DNA from: Rhina ancylostomus
Taxonomy: Eukaryota
NCBI GenBank assembly: GCA_030265395.1
Contig: JARFYF010000046.1
Coordinates: 22,641,710 to 22,705,709, forward strand
DNA length: 64,000 nucleotides
Direction of reading: 5' to 3'
The notes under the pieces are model-generated. The model was not told the DNA's origin and did no database searches. It saw only the letters and a list, made by a program, of their open reading frames with translations. Position numbers and translations under genes: made by a program. Every line of letters begins with the position of its first letter. The first letter of the stretch is position 1. Positions 55,201 to 64,000 of the stretch are shown here, in pieces.

Positions 55201-58153
55201 AGCTAAATGTTAATTTTAAATCTGATTGTTAACCAAGTGTAGGTAGGAATATTGCGTAAAACAAAGCAGGTGTATGGAGTGAAGCCACAATCTCGCTGAA
55301 TCCTGGGATATGTTTGAATGGCTAAAGGGTGTGATCCTGCTCTGATGTGCACTGAATCATTCCCTGTGATGTGGATGCACTATTTAATTTTGTGAGATCC
55401 AAGAAATTTAGTTCAATGCAAATTCATAATTACAGCATTGTTTAGCTTAAGCTGGTTCAGGTTTTATTATTTAAGATGTATTTCTTTCTGTAGTTTGTTT
55501 TGTATCATACTCTTTGTGGAAGAATCTTTTTCACTTGTCCTGTGACTAGCGTGATGCTACAGTATCCTCTTTCAAAACTGATTCATTTACCCTAAATGCA
55601 ATATGATGCATCACGAGACCAGCGAAATGAATTTAGCTGGATAATTGGGAGACTATAGTATCAGTATTTGACTGGGAGATGTGTAAAGTGTATTCAAACC
55701 ATCCTGTTCGTAAATATCGCATTGCTCTGTGTAGTAGCTATCTTTTTTTGTATGGTATATATCCAGAGATTATATTCTCTGATTTCTCTCTTCTATACAC
55801 TCGCATATGATCTCACTTAAATTTAAGGAACTAAGAGGTGTTGAGAATGTAAAACTAACATAACAATGACTATATTGAAAACTTGATGTTTGTGACTATT
55901 GATGTACTGTGCCCCAGAACCACTTCCGACCTTGCATATATAAACCCTATTTTTCTTAGTCGAACAACCCAACATTCAGAGTTACTGTGCTACTTATTTA
56001 ATTTTCACCAATTTCTTGTTTAGCCATGGTAGTTTTGTTACAAGCTAGAAAATATACAATTTTTCACATTCTGGTATGATTGGTAAAACAACCTGCAGAG
56101 ACGATTCTTTCCAGCTGCCTTTTATAGTAATGAAATTTCTATTTTTAAAAAAGACATTGCCATCCTTGTGCAAGAGCATCCACTTAAATGCCACTATTAG
56201 ATTTCAATGTATTATGGCAACTATTACGTTCTTGCATAAATTCGAACTTGTTAAGGATATACCCTGTACATGTGACTTTCAAATGTAGGGCGAAGAAAGA
56301 TGGTCTTCTACAATTTGGGTGCTTAATTTAAACATATTGTATCTCCTCCAGGTCACTACAGTGTGAGATGTTTGGAGGGTGTGATTATGCACTGATAACA
56401 TATGACCCTTGAGAGATTATGTAAACTATTGGCTTTGGAAGAAAGTCTGAGTCACTTTTTCAGCTTATTCTTTGTGATTTAACTCTGAACACATTCCTAC
56501 TTTCCTAACTTTGCAGGTATTTTCTATACTTGAAGTATGAAGTGAATTTTCTGTAAATATTATAGTAAAGCAGTCCTTTCTAAAGATTTTTATTTCTACA
56601 CTTACAATTATTTGCAAATCAAATAGGATCCTTGGAATTCAACTTTGCATTGGATCAAATGCTCATATCAGTGAAGGTCCCATGTGTATTTTGGCTTCAG
56701 CTAGGGACTTGGGATATACTTTTCATTTTTGATGTGTGTCTTTCAACAGCTAGTCTGTTTCCAATTGGATCTTCAGCACTGAGTGGAATATTATCCTCCA
56801 ATTTCATTTACCTATAGTGGGCTTCCCCTTGTTAGGCCAGTTAATCACTGTTGCACTGTAGATATAATTGTGTGTAGATTCTGTTTGATTCTGTTATACC
56901 ATTCACTATAATTTGTCCCTGGGGCTGGTGTAATCTGCTCAAAGTCACAAAATTTAAGCAGAAATTCTTTTCAGTCTAGATAGTGTTTCTGTAATCATTT
57001 GCACTAGTTAAAAGGGCCTAAGGCTAAAAGCTTGTCCTGCCCCGAAAACGGGCCATGCCCACAGGATGTATTCATCACCCATGGGAGATTCAGCTGATTG
57101 CACTCTTCTTCTTGAAAAAGCTTTTGAACATTGAGTTAATTGTTTTGGAGCCAAGACACTTCAGGAACATTCTAATGTTTTTCAGTTTACTAAGTGATTT
57201 CTGTACCCCAAAACGACCAGCAATGTTTCCATGTATCTTTAAAACTTCCTTGATTTTTAGAAATCAAGTCACTCGGGAATGGTAGATTGACATTGATTAA
57301 AAGTGTTTGTTCTTTGTGGCAAGCATGTTTATTCAATCTGCTTCAAGTTACCACTTCAGTATTTCAAGGAATATTTATAAAGTTTTAAAATTACTCTGCA
57401 CAATTGCACTGGTTCATAGCCAATTTTGTGTTTGCTGTTCTGCTAATGAGTTTCAGCAATAACTCAAAGAAACACTTTTCAACAAGCCCAATCTTGGATA
57501 CAATTTACTTGAGTAGAAACAGAAAATTTTGAAAGTATTCAGCAGATTAACAGCACCTTGTGGAGAAAGCAGACAAAGTGAATATCCAATGTTAATGATC
57601 TTTTGTTAGAACTGGAGTATTTACCCCTGTTTCAATTTTGTAATGAATTAGCAGATCTCAGTTGGACTGGGAGCCAGAGTGCTATAATTGGCCTCTTCTG
57701 TATAAAAAGAGTGTAACCTCAGCCAAATTTACTTTTTTCTGACTTCTGCCCTGTGAAGCAGTTTTGTTTTAAGCAGGTATTACCAGTGATAACACTATCG
57801 TGCTCAAAGAGGTTCAAACATGAAAAATTGAACATCTTAATCATGGTAATTGAAGGAAATTGCTATGAATCATCATTTTTGGTCATAAATACAGAGATTA
57901 AAAATAAAGCCACTGCTTGTCATGTGCATCTGGTCTGTTTGTGGCAATTTTGTTGATTTTTGGAGCTTAACTACATTGAATAATAAACTTCTGAATAATT
58001 TAATGTATTCTTTGATTAGGAAGATGTGATCTACAAAGCTTGGATCCTCAGTGGTTCCGGCAGAGGATTTCGATTGTTAGTCAGGAACCTACATTGTTTG
58101 CAACATCTATTAAAAAAAACATCACGTATGGAAGAGAGGCAAACATGGAAGAG
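1098..58153 (+). CDS. Multi-exon ABCB-family half ABC transporter (TMD0 + ABC membrane domain + N-terminal part of NBD); 3'-incomplete; apparent frameshift in exon 9
   Basis: 15 exons with AG/GT boundaries and matching phases except inside exon 9. Motifs: [35 protein letters not shown], Walker [19 protein letters not shown]-loop [13 protein letters not shown] signature and Walker B not found in the window. Confidence 0.93.
1385..1742 (-). mobile_element. CR1-clade LINE 3' fragment
   Basis: Minus ORF 1554-1787 contains [15 protein letters not shown]...[16 protein letters not shown]...QRVV, the typical CR1 ORF2 C-terminus, followed by a 3' UTR. Boundaries approximate. Confidence 0.88.
1760..2350 (-). 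mobile_element. Decayed 3' part of a second CR1/L2-group LINE family
   Basis: Similar to the copies at about 13520-13890 and 43105-43370 (ggctggcat.t..tgc.cat.c.t..tt.c.c pattern); family recognised from memory. Confidence 0.5.
2385..3385 (+). mobile_element. CR1 fragment interrupted by a ~680-bp insertion
   Basis: [15 protein letters not shown] at about 2385-2435; CR1-like sequence resumes near 3135 (gatgacaggtttgtcataagaggagag ... aatttcttcacacaga). Confidence 0.7.
2453..3130 (+). mobile_element. Candidate solo LTR nested in CR1
   Basis: Starts TGTTA, has a (GA)n tract and AATAAA at 3077, and retains more CpG than the flanks. 3' end and target-site duplication not resolved. Confidence 0.45.
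3660..4590 (-). mobile_element. Decayed CR1/L2-group LINE internal fragment, interrupted by a SINE at 4202-4435
   Basis: LINE-like sequence continues on both sides of the SINE; a similar segment occurs at about 48000-48580. Confidence 0.5.
4202..4435 (+). mobile_element. 5'-truncated V-SINE (HE1-related)
   Basis: V-domain-like gagtttgtacattctccccatgtctgtgtgggcttcctctgggtgct...tttcctcccactttccaaagatgt; reverse-complement similar to 5375-5648. Confidence 0.85.
5375..5648 (-). mobile_element. V-SINE, same family as 4202-4435
   Basis: Reverse complement shares the V-domain and tail; the tRNA-like head (ccaggttcatttccc) is on the right. Confidence 0.85.
6118..6398 (+). CDS. Coding exon 2 (TMD0): [29 protein letters not shown]...[18 protein letters not shown]
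   Basis: Poly-T-aag acceptor, GAG|gtaaat donor, 281 nt open, phase 1 to 0. Confidence 0.88.
6640..6970 (-). mobile_element. Decayed V-SINE with CR1-like tail
   Basis: tgggagga...gagaatgtgcaaattccatacaca...gaaccgg...gctgtgagtcagcagc is the reverse complement of a V-SINE head and core; the left end resembles a CR1 3' UTR. Confidence 0.7.
8133..8215 (+). CDS. Coding exon 3: [27 protein letters not shown](R)
   Basis: tttcccattgacag acceptor, CAG|gtaatg donor, 83 nt, phase 0 to 2 bridges exons 2 and 4; hydrophobic helix. Confidence 0.82.
9283..9471 (+). mobile_element. tRNA-derived V-SINE
   Basis: Head with B-box-like ccgggtttaatcc, then V-domain ggtttccttggagtgctctattttccacccacatgtcaaagacgtg. 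Confidence 0.8.
9565..10280 (+). mobile_element. Decayed CR1 LINE 3' portion
   Basis: tggcagatgaaatttaat (WQMKFN), cattttggtaagaagaat (HFGKKN), aatattgtatccaattctgg (YCIQFW) and a CR1-like 3' UTR. Confidence 0.75.
10393..10498 (+). CDS. Coding exon 4 (linker/elbow helix): [35 protein letters not shown]
   Basis: tttctgtctcag acceptor, GAT|gtgagt donor, phase 2 to 0; 'LKRLFLLAK' resembles the ABCB elbow helix. Confidence 0.9.
11466..11577 (+). CDS. Coding exon 5 (core TM1): [37 protein letters not shown](E)
   Basis: ttcttctaccacag acceptor, G|gtatgt donor, phase 0 to 1; PFFFGKVID is a typical ABCB motif. Not in the ORF track. Confidence 0.92.
13520..13890 (-). mobile_element. CR1/L2-group LINE 3' end
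   Basis: Minus translation [21 protein letters not shown] matches the LINE ORF2 C-terminal F..WN.LP motif; spans an N gap. Confidence 0.7.
14150..14330. repeat. Inverted-repeat (hairpin) element of the dispersed Penelope-associated short repeat family
   Basis: Left arm actcagcaggttagacaccctctgtggaga is the imperfect reverse complement of right arm tctccacagatgcagactgacctgttgaga. Single arms recur near 4730, 16970, 26550, 36130, 39925, 54700, 57520 and 60605. Confidence 0.7.
16600..16935 (+). mobile_element. Decayed CR1/L2-group LINE fragment
   Basis: ttgatcagaagct...ctcctgatccctcgtagtctctctcgccatataaaaggc resembles the post-RT region of this family (recalled). Confidence 0.5.
18079..18253 (+). 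CDS. Coding exon 6: [57 protein letters not shown](R)
   Basis: Strong poly-T cag acceptor, CAG|gtgggt donor, phase 1 to 2; QEIAFFD coupling-helix motif. Confidence 0.95.
19990..21560 (-). mobile_element. RTE-clade LINE remnant with internal deletions
   Basis: Minus translations [20 protein letters not shown] (RTE C-terminal), [12 protein letters not shown], and LLVDFSARV (APE GDFNARVG-like) near 21470-21510. Confidence 0.8.
23430..23790 (+). mobile_element. Deu-domain SINE (SacSINE1/AmnSINE1-like)
   Basis: tctctcagatgggtataaaatatcccatggc...gggccaatatattgtccctca matches the recalled Deu core; tail tgaaagttgctatctgaatgcaagt. Related tails at about 140-240 and 27790-27940. Confidence 0.7.
25164..25224 (+). 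CDS. Coding exon 7: [20 protein letters not shown]
   Basis: tctcttccaacag acceptor, ACG|gtaagt donor, phase 2 to 0. Confidence 0.95.
25762..25897 (+). CDS. Coding exon 8: [45 protein letters not shown](G)
   Basis: ttttactgtag acceptor, G|gtgagt donor, phase 0 to 1; two transmembrane helices. Confidence 0.95.
27307..27440 (+). CDS. Coding exon 9 (disrupted): (G)EFVKRL in the incoming frame, then [41 protein letters not shown](G) in a different frame
   Basis: atccag acceptor, AAG|gtattg donor. Length 134 nt does not fit flanking phases 1/1; the incoming frame stops at TGA 27345-27347. Confidence 0.88.
28864..28975 (+). repeat. 112-bp direct copy of 30874-30985 (3' half of exon 10 plus start of intron 10)
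   Basis: Ungapped alignment at offset 2010 with about 8 mismatches counted by eye. Confidence 0.95.
30855..30889 (+). CDS. Coding exon 10 (35 nt): [11 protein letters not shown]
   Basis: atatttttag acceptor, CAG|gtaaga donor, phase 1 to 0; fills the gap between exons 9 and 11. Confidence 0.85.
32620..33230 (-). mobile_element. RTE-clade LINE 3' remnant
   Basis: Minus translation [35 protein letters not shown] matches the RTE LLYGSETW region. Confidence 0.75.
33465..33845 (+). mobile_element. CR1 LINE fragment
   Basis: ttggtgaggccatacttggactattgtgtgcagttt ([12 protein letters not shown]) and a downstream GH/RNLF-like region. Confidence 0.8.
37578..37762 (-). mobile_element. CR1 LINE 3' end
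   Basis: acagcacaggaacaggtccttcagccc...tatccctccatt...ctatctaaaagcctcttaaa; similar to 1385-1550. Confidence 0.75.
39575..39770 (-). mobile_element. Decayed Deu-domain SINE
   Basis: ggataaata...ggagaactccct...aaatagtgc..tggg.c.tt is the reverse complement of the Deu core. Confidence 0.5.
40448..40650 (+). mobile_element. tRNA-related SINE head
   Basis: B-box GTTCGATCC at about 40509-40517 after an A-box-like tggcttgttgag; no cloverleaf. Confidence 0.5.
42230..44310. mobile_element. Nested LINE cluster: old CR1 (+, ~42230-43070), second LINE family (-, ~43105-44310), younger CR1 3' end (+, ~43385-43885) inserted in it
   Basis: tattgacattcagaagagttttggtaagatacc (DFQKAFDKVP-like), tggcaaataaaattt, and gagatgtacaagatcctaagggg...ttcagagggtag (YKILRG, QRV). 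Confidence 0.7.
45702..45792 (+). CDS. Coding exon 11: [30 protein letters not shown](S)
   Basis: ttgcag acceptor, T|gtaagt donor, phase 0 to 1; LWYG motif of TM5. Confidence 0.93.
50133..50300 (+). CDS. Coding exon 12: [55 protein letters not shown]
   Basis: tttttgaattag acceptor, A|gtaagt donor, phase 1 to 1; TM6 and RIFELLDR motif. Confidence 0.95.
50821..50882 (+). CDS. Coding exon 13 (NBD start, A-loop): [21 protein letters not shown]
   Basis: Matches the ABCB I/LEFxxVxFxYPxR..VLK pattern; AAG|gtcagt donor; atypical T8A8G acceptor; phase 1 to 0. Confidence 0.92.
50980..53695 (+). mobile_element. CR1 LINE cluster with a younger 3' end at ~52930-53232
   Basis: cctgaggattggagaattgctaat (PEDWRIAN), tttgcaaatgacacaaaact (FADDTKL-like), tggcagatgaat, agaggacataggtttaaggtg (RGHRFKV), tggaatgagctgcca (WNELP). 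Confidence 0.8.
54345..54471 (+). CDS. Coding exon 14 (Walker A): [42 protein letters not shown](G)
   Basis: cactttgtag acceptor, G|gtatga donor, phase 0 to 1; GxxGxGKST. Confidence 0.96.
54850..55350 (+). mobile_element. Decayed CR1 3' fragment
   Basis: ccatttaaggaaagagatg, aattatgagaagagg, aggttgaagggtgat.tg.tgga (RLKGD..E) and a CR1-like 3' UTR. Confidence 0.6.
58020..58153 (+). CDS. Coding exon 15 (Q-loop): [44 protein letters not shown]
   Basis: ttctttgattag acceptor, GAG|gtagga donor, phase 1 to 0; VSQEP motif. Confidence 0.95.
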
Positions 58154-61100
58154 GTAGGATATTACAAGTTGTGTTGCAGTTCAATTATGCAGTAGTAACA
58201 TAAAAGATAGCATTTGTCTGAAACATTATGAAATCACAATTATTTAGATTGTGGAAACTCTAGCTGACTCTAGTTTTGAATTTCCAAGATGGAAAGCATT
58301 ACAATAGAGAGCAGAAATGCTTCCACGTACCATATTTTTATGGTCTCAAGTTGCCTCAAAATTAGATAGAACCACTGCATATGAATAGGGCTTGATTTTA
58401 TTTCATATGCTAAAATTAAAGTTTAATTTAATTCTGATTTCTAGCTAATTTGAATTTTCAGTTTTGACCACTACTGTAACTGGAAAGTTCAAGACTACAA
58501 CTCTTGATTTAGGCTCATTATTTTTTCAGCTTAAATAGGTTTAAAAAGTTTTGTTCAAATAGGGTAACTCCTGATATTGATGTATGAATTCCCCTTTTGG
58601 CTCGACTAGCCATAAGCTGTGAATTCTCTTTGACACAAGCTGTTCAATTCCATTAGTAAGTTTACGAGGGAGTAGAAAGGAAACAGTAAAAATCATGTGT
58701 GGATTTCTATGAAATATTGATTAATACAAATTTTAAAAAATAGCTGGTAATGCTGCATCAAAGGGCTTTGGGAAGTCGAGTTTGTTTAGGCTGGAGATGA
58801 TAGAGAGCCTTACTTGAGGTATTTAAAATCTTGAGAGCATCAGCATGTTAAATGCTTGCAATAAATCCTGGAAAGAAGACTAAAATAGCATGCAATCAGG
58901 CTTGAAAGAAAAGGTGAATAGCCAGAACAAATAATTTTCAAGAGACTAAAGCTAATATTTGAAATTGACTATTAAAGGCTGCATTGGAGGTAACATCAGT
59001 AATTTTAAGGACAAGTGGTTGGTGAGAATATCAATTTAGAGTAGCTATAACTGGAGAAAGTTTTGATTAGATGCATCAAAAGTCCTTCATTTTTCACATT
59101 CCTTTGTTTCTAAATTCATTTGTATGTGCTTGTAATAAAAGAAAGGATTATTCACCAGGAATGCAGCAATAAATTTACTTAAGCCCTTAGATTAGTACTA
59201 AAGCAATGTTTGGTTCTCAGCTCACCATATAATTTTGCACAATTTGTGTACTATAGATAATATCTATAAGAGATGTGAATACTTGAAACAGCTGTTGGTT
59301 ATGAAAGAAGAATTATAAACACAGGCAAGCTTTGAGCTTGTTTTGCCATTAGGGGCTTGCGTTTATTAGAGTATTTCAAACAAATGAAACCTTGTGGACA
59401 AGGAAAAACATACACTGATCCATCCAGCATGTCCCACATGACTGCAGTGCCTCCTGCATCACAATATATACATTACCACTCCACCCAAAAGTCATGTAAT
59501 TTGCTAAGAGATGCAAAAAAATTAAAAAAGCCCAGGCCTGGTGAGGAAGGATGGGGAATTAATTTGGAAAGTTCCAAACCATCCCCCTTGAGCTATCAAA
59601 ACTAGTCCAGGCGATGATTCTGACCCTTACTAATGGAATCCAGTAACTAACCCCTGTGTGAAGAGATTTCTAATCCAGCCAGAAACAAGTCAAGTTTTTG
59701 TCTGAAAGAATTCAATGACTCAGCATTCACTACACAGGCCAGCAGTTGCAATGTATTTTCCTCCAGGAAAAGAGCCCCTGTCCGCTATTAAAATTCATCT
59801 GGATAGGTAGGCTAAATTTTCATTTACCTAACACTTGTTACAGAAAATTGGGTCGATGTTCAACCATTTGAGAGCTTAAGTATAACGCTGAATCCAGTTT
59901 GATTTAATTTTTTTCCATAACTCTAAAAGATAATGCTTATTATCCAATCCGGGTCATTCCACCAAATATTAGTAAGTGAAGTGTAGACTTAAGTTGTAGT
60001 TTACAGGACTTTTTCAAAACAAGAATGCATTTACTAACTCCATTTGTTGTTTTGGGATAGTTTAAAAGAAAAATACTACCATAAGATTCATAAGTTGCTC
60101 CTTAGTAACAGATAAAATTCATCAAATATTCAAATGAACCTTGGACATCAAAAATCAATTTTATCACATGACTCACTTCCTAAAATGTAACTCTAATGCA
60201 TGTTTCTCAAAGTAGTAGGCATGTGGGAAATTTAGCAAAATAGCATGCTGTAATATTGTTGTAGTATGGTAATAGTTCCCATTAATTATAAGACTACAAT
60301 AACCTTAACCAAAGAGGGAAGTTTTGTGTTGTTAGCTCATCTACACCTACTTTGTGTGGAGAAATGACTGAAGAGTGAAATCCTGCAACTGGAATCAACT
60401 CTATGGCCTCTTTAATTCTCGCCTGATATTTAGGAAATGGCATTTAGTCACAATAAGTGATAAATGATTTTAAATCTATAGTGCAAGACATTTGACATTT
60501 CAAGAAACTATTGAAAGCAGAAGAATACTTTGGTATCATTGATTAGTTCAATGATGGCTTGATTTAATTTTATTTGACCAAATTGTTCAGTTGACATTTT
60601 AATTGCCCTGATGCAGGGTCTCGACAAAATAACATCAGCCATCCCCTTCCCTCCACATATGCTGCTTGACCTGCTGAGTTCCTGCAGCAGTTTTTTTTTG
60701 TTTTTTTGCTCCAGGTGTCAGTATCTGTAGTATCTAGTGTTGATGTTTTAACTTAATTAACTATCTACATAAATTTATTTCTGGAATGTCATTTCCTACA
60801 GTATGCACAGTATTCTTTATCATTTAATAATAAATAGCTTGGCAGCATTTAATTGAATGCAGTCCCATGTCTTTGCCTGTCAGGTTATCTGAAATTCATG
60901 ATAATTCCTGTAACGTTATTAGTTTTTAGAGCTTCTTAAAGTTAATTATCGAAGTGGATTTTCTGATTCAGACTAAATTGAGGTAATGAATGAGTTTGAA
61001 CACTGCCAGAATCAGTCTTGTTCCTTCAATACACATCTGAAAAACGTTTCCCAGGAACAATATATAGGGCCACAGATAAGGTTTTAAGTACATATCTGGG

Positions 61101-61169
61101 GACAGGATTTTGAGAGAATTTACAAAGTTGGAGAAAGGACATGGCGATAGTGTAGAGTAGCAAAATAGT

Positions 61170-63050
61170 GATAGCCCGAGTCTTTCAGGAAGGGACAAAG
61201 CATATAAATGTAAGGAGCAGGGAAAAGTGGTAAAAAGACTTTAGAGTGTAAGCAGCATTCATAAGATAGAAACATTAATGGAACAAATAGAAACAAATAG
61301 GTACAATCTAGTGGTTACAGAAACATGATTGCAAAGTGACCAAGCTTGGAAATGAATAATTCCAGCATACTTAACCTTTTGAAGATAGGCAAAATGAAAA
61401 GGAGGAAAGGTGCCTCTGATAATGAAAGATTTTGATAAAGGCAAAAGGGAGGAAAGATCTGAGCTCAGAAAATCAAGAACTAGAATCAGTTTTAGTGGAG
61501 TGAAGGAGCAGAAAACATGGGTCAGAGTTGTCTATAAATCTCAGTAGTGCCAATGTAGGGCATCATAGCATAAATAAAATTAACATAACAGTATTATTTT
61601 TGTGGAACTTTGTAAAAAGCCTGAGCAAACCAAAGTACTAGTGTGGAGGATGAATGTGTAGATTGTATACAAGATGTTTTTCCAGATCAGCTTGTTGAAG
61701 AACCAAAGAGGTACCGGCTGTTTTAGATTCAGTACTGTGCAGTGAGAAAGGATATGTGTACTTGGATTTTCAGAAGACCTCTAGGGTGCCACTCAGGTGC
61801 ATATTAAACAAAATTGGAGCATGTGTGTTTGGGAGTATAGTGCTGAAATGGATTGAGGATTGGTTAATGGACCAATCCATGAGGAATATAAGAAAATAGG
61901 AGCAGAAGTTGGTCACTTAGTCCTCAAGTCTACCCCACTATTCAATATGATTTATGACTGATTTATCCTGGCCCGAACTTCATTTCTGTGCCAGTTACTC
62001 ATAATCCATAATTCCTTGATTTTTTTTCAAATATTTATCTATCTCCACCTTAAATATATCTAATGATCTGTCCTCCACCCTCAGGAGCTGAGAATTCCAG
62101 AGATTGACTACACTCTGAGAGAAGTTGTTTCTATGCACCACTTGTAAATTACCAGCTCCTTATTCTGTAGCTGTGTCCCCTCATTCATGACTCTCCAACT
62201 AGTGGAAGCATCCGAACATCTACCCTGTCAAGCCCCCTTAGGTTCTTGTATGTTTGGATAAGTTCACCTCAAATTCTTTCAAATTCCAAGAAATACAAAC
62301 CGTACCCTCTCTTGATAGGACAATCTTCTCATCCCAGCAATTAGCCTTGAGAATCTCCTTTTGATTGTCTGAACTAAAGCCATCATGAACAAATCAAAAA
62401 TGCTAATTTGAAATATTTGTCAGCTTTAGACATGTTCTTGATCAAAGATGACAGTGTGACTTGAGAATGCAGAAAGATTTTATGAAGATGTAGACTAATT
62501 GAATGGGTAAGCACAGGGCTGATGGAATACAAATTGGAATGTCAGCCACTTAGCAGAAAAATTAGAAAGATGGATTTTAAATAGTGGGAAATTGAAAGGT
62601 GTTCAATTTTCTGGGTGTTCTTGTAAATGATCACTGATAATTAATATTTAGAATCAGTTCAGGTTTATTACCACTGATATATGTCGTGAAATTTGTTGTC
62701 TCCAGCAGCAGTACAGTACAAGACTTAAAAAATCACTAAGTTACAATAAATAGTGCTACAGCAAGCAATCAGGAAGCCAAACAGTATGTTAACCATTTTT
62801 GGAAGAGGATTAGAGTTTAACTGTTAAGATCTCCTGGTGGAATTATATAGGTCCCTTGTGAGACAGTGTCTGGAATAATATGTACAGGATATTTAAGACA
62901 GATGTACAGATTTTTGACCATTAAGGGAATGAAGAGATATAGGATTGGTGCAAGAAAGTAGTGCTGAACTAAAAGATCAGCCATGATGTTAACTAGTGGA
63001 GTAGGTGCAAGAAGCTGAACGGTCAACTCTTGCTTTGATTTATGTTAATT
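61170..63050 (+). mobile_element. Decayed long CR1 (endonuclease to 3' end) with an antisense CR1 3' fragment nested at ~61880-62370
   Basis: tacaatctagtggttacagaaacatg (Y..V.TETW-like), tacttggattttcagaag (YLDFQK), tggattgaggattggtta (WIEDWL); the nested part starts ataagaaaataggagcagaag, a reversed CR1 tail. Confidence 0.75.
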
Positions 63051-64000
63051 TGGTTATCTAACTTTTACTTACATGCCCCTTCGTAATCGGTTGCTAATTG
63101 TCATTGCTGCTCAGGTGAATGCTACCATTTATGAAATGATTTTATTTACTAATTCCTATGTCCTTACACAATTTTCTCTGGACGTTTTGTTTTCAAAGTG
63201 ATTTGATTAGGATCTGCAGATTTTGAAATGTACAGAAAATTCTTTACATGTGTTTGATGCTAAATGTCAATTTGACATCTGGAAGGAATGGTAGCATGAG
63301 CTTGTAATAATGCTCTATGAAAATTTTTTTTTCCAGTCAAGATTTTACTATCTCATGAACCTTGTACTCTTGTTAAATATATTGTCACTTTTCTGATTTA
63401 ACTTGAATGCATGCATTTTATACTGATGGCAGCAACAAGATTTTCAATCACATCTTCTGTCTTCTCACTCCATGTCAGATTTCTTTTTTTTCCTTTTTGA
63501 AAGAAGCTTTTTGGGTCACCTCTTGTGATGAGGATGCTCTTGGGCAGCGAGCTATGTTCACATTTTCCAAAATTGTGAGCTCTCAATTTTGATCAGGCCA
63601 TCTGCTGGCAATGAGCAATTAATAAATTATTCTGTCACATGCAAAATCAAGAGATTCATAGCCAAGTGTCCAGCTGTTTGTAGAACGATGCTGGTTGAAT
63701 TTCCTCAGTATCATTTGTCTGATACCTTAACTGAGGGAATTCATGGTGCAGGGAAAATTCATGGTGATGGGTAGAATCTCCCTTTCCTTGGAATCAAAGA
63801 GTGATATAGAAAAAGTATTACTGTTTTATTGTTGTGCATTCTACTTTTGTGACATTAACTTGTGTTTTCAATGAGTGGTGTCCTTCTCCATCAACACCTT
63901 TTTTGCAGTTGGATATTTTTGTGAGCATTACTTATGTTTTCAATTATGTGTTTGTCAGGGGTATACACTTGAGAGAACTAGGTGTAGAGTATGCTACAGT

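Noticed and set aside
1098-58153. Assigning the symbol ABCB9, ABCB10, ABCB8 or TAP1/2
   Set aside because: Mixed features and similarity that looks too low for a vertebrate orthologue; needs a phylogeny.
63959-64000. tttgtcag|ggg tat aca ctt... as the next exon (GY.T.VGERG)
   Set aside because: Translates GYTLERTRCRVCYS with no VGERG match, and the preceding ANAH-type exon was not found.
1-64000. Prokaryotic systems (CRISPR arrays, operons, defence islands) or a nested second gene
   Set aside because: Spliceosomal gene and vertebrate retroelements throughout; no regular repeat-spacer array or second coherent exon chain seen on either strand.

Overview
Eukaryotic, AT-rich, CpG-depleted genomic DNA from a draft assembly with several N gaps. 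The repeat content (HE1/V-type SINEs, Deu-domain SINEs, CR1, RTE and Penelope-type remnants) points to a cartilaginous fish, probably a ray or shark (inference). One multi-exon + strand gene spans the window. I hand-spliced 15 coding exons (1098-58153) of an ABCB-subfamily half-transporter; the ABC signature and Walker B exons were not found and presumably lie beyond 64000. The protein joins an ABCB9/TAPL-like TMD0 to a core that looks more like ABCB10 and plant/protist ABCB half-transporters, so it appears to be a separate paralogue rather than ABCB9, ABCB10, ABCB8 or TAP. Exon 9 carries an apparent frameshifting deletion of about 55 nt at a 9-nt sequence shared by both reading frames. A 112-bp copy of the exon 10 donor region creates a possible 15-nt microexon. 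Most ORF-track entries are intronic noise or decayed retroelements. All homology statements are from recalled sequences; no searches were run.
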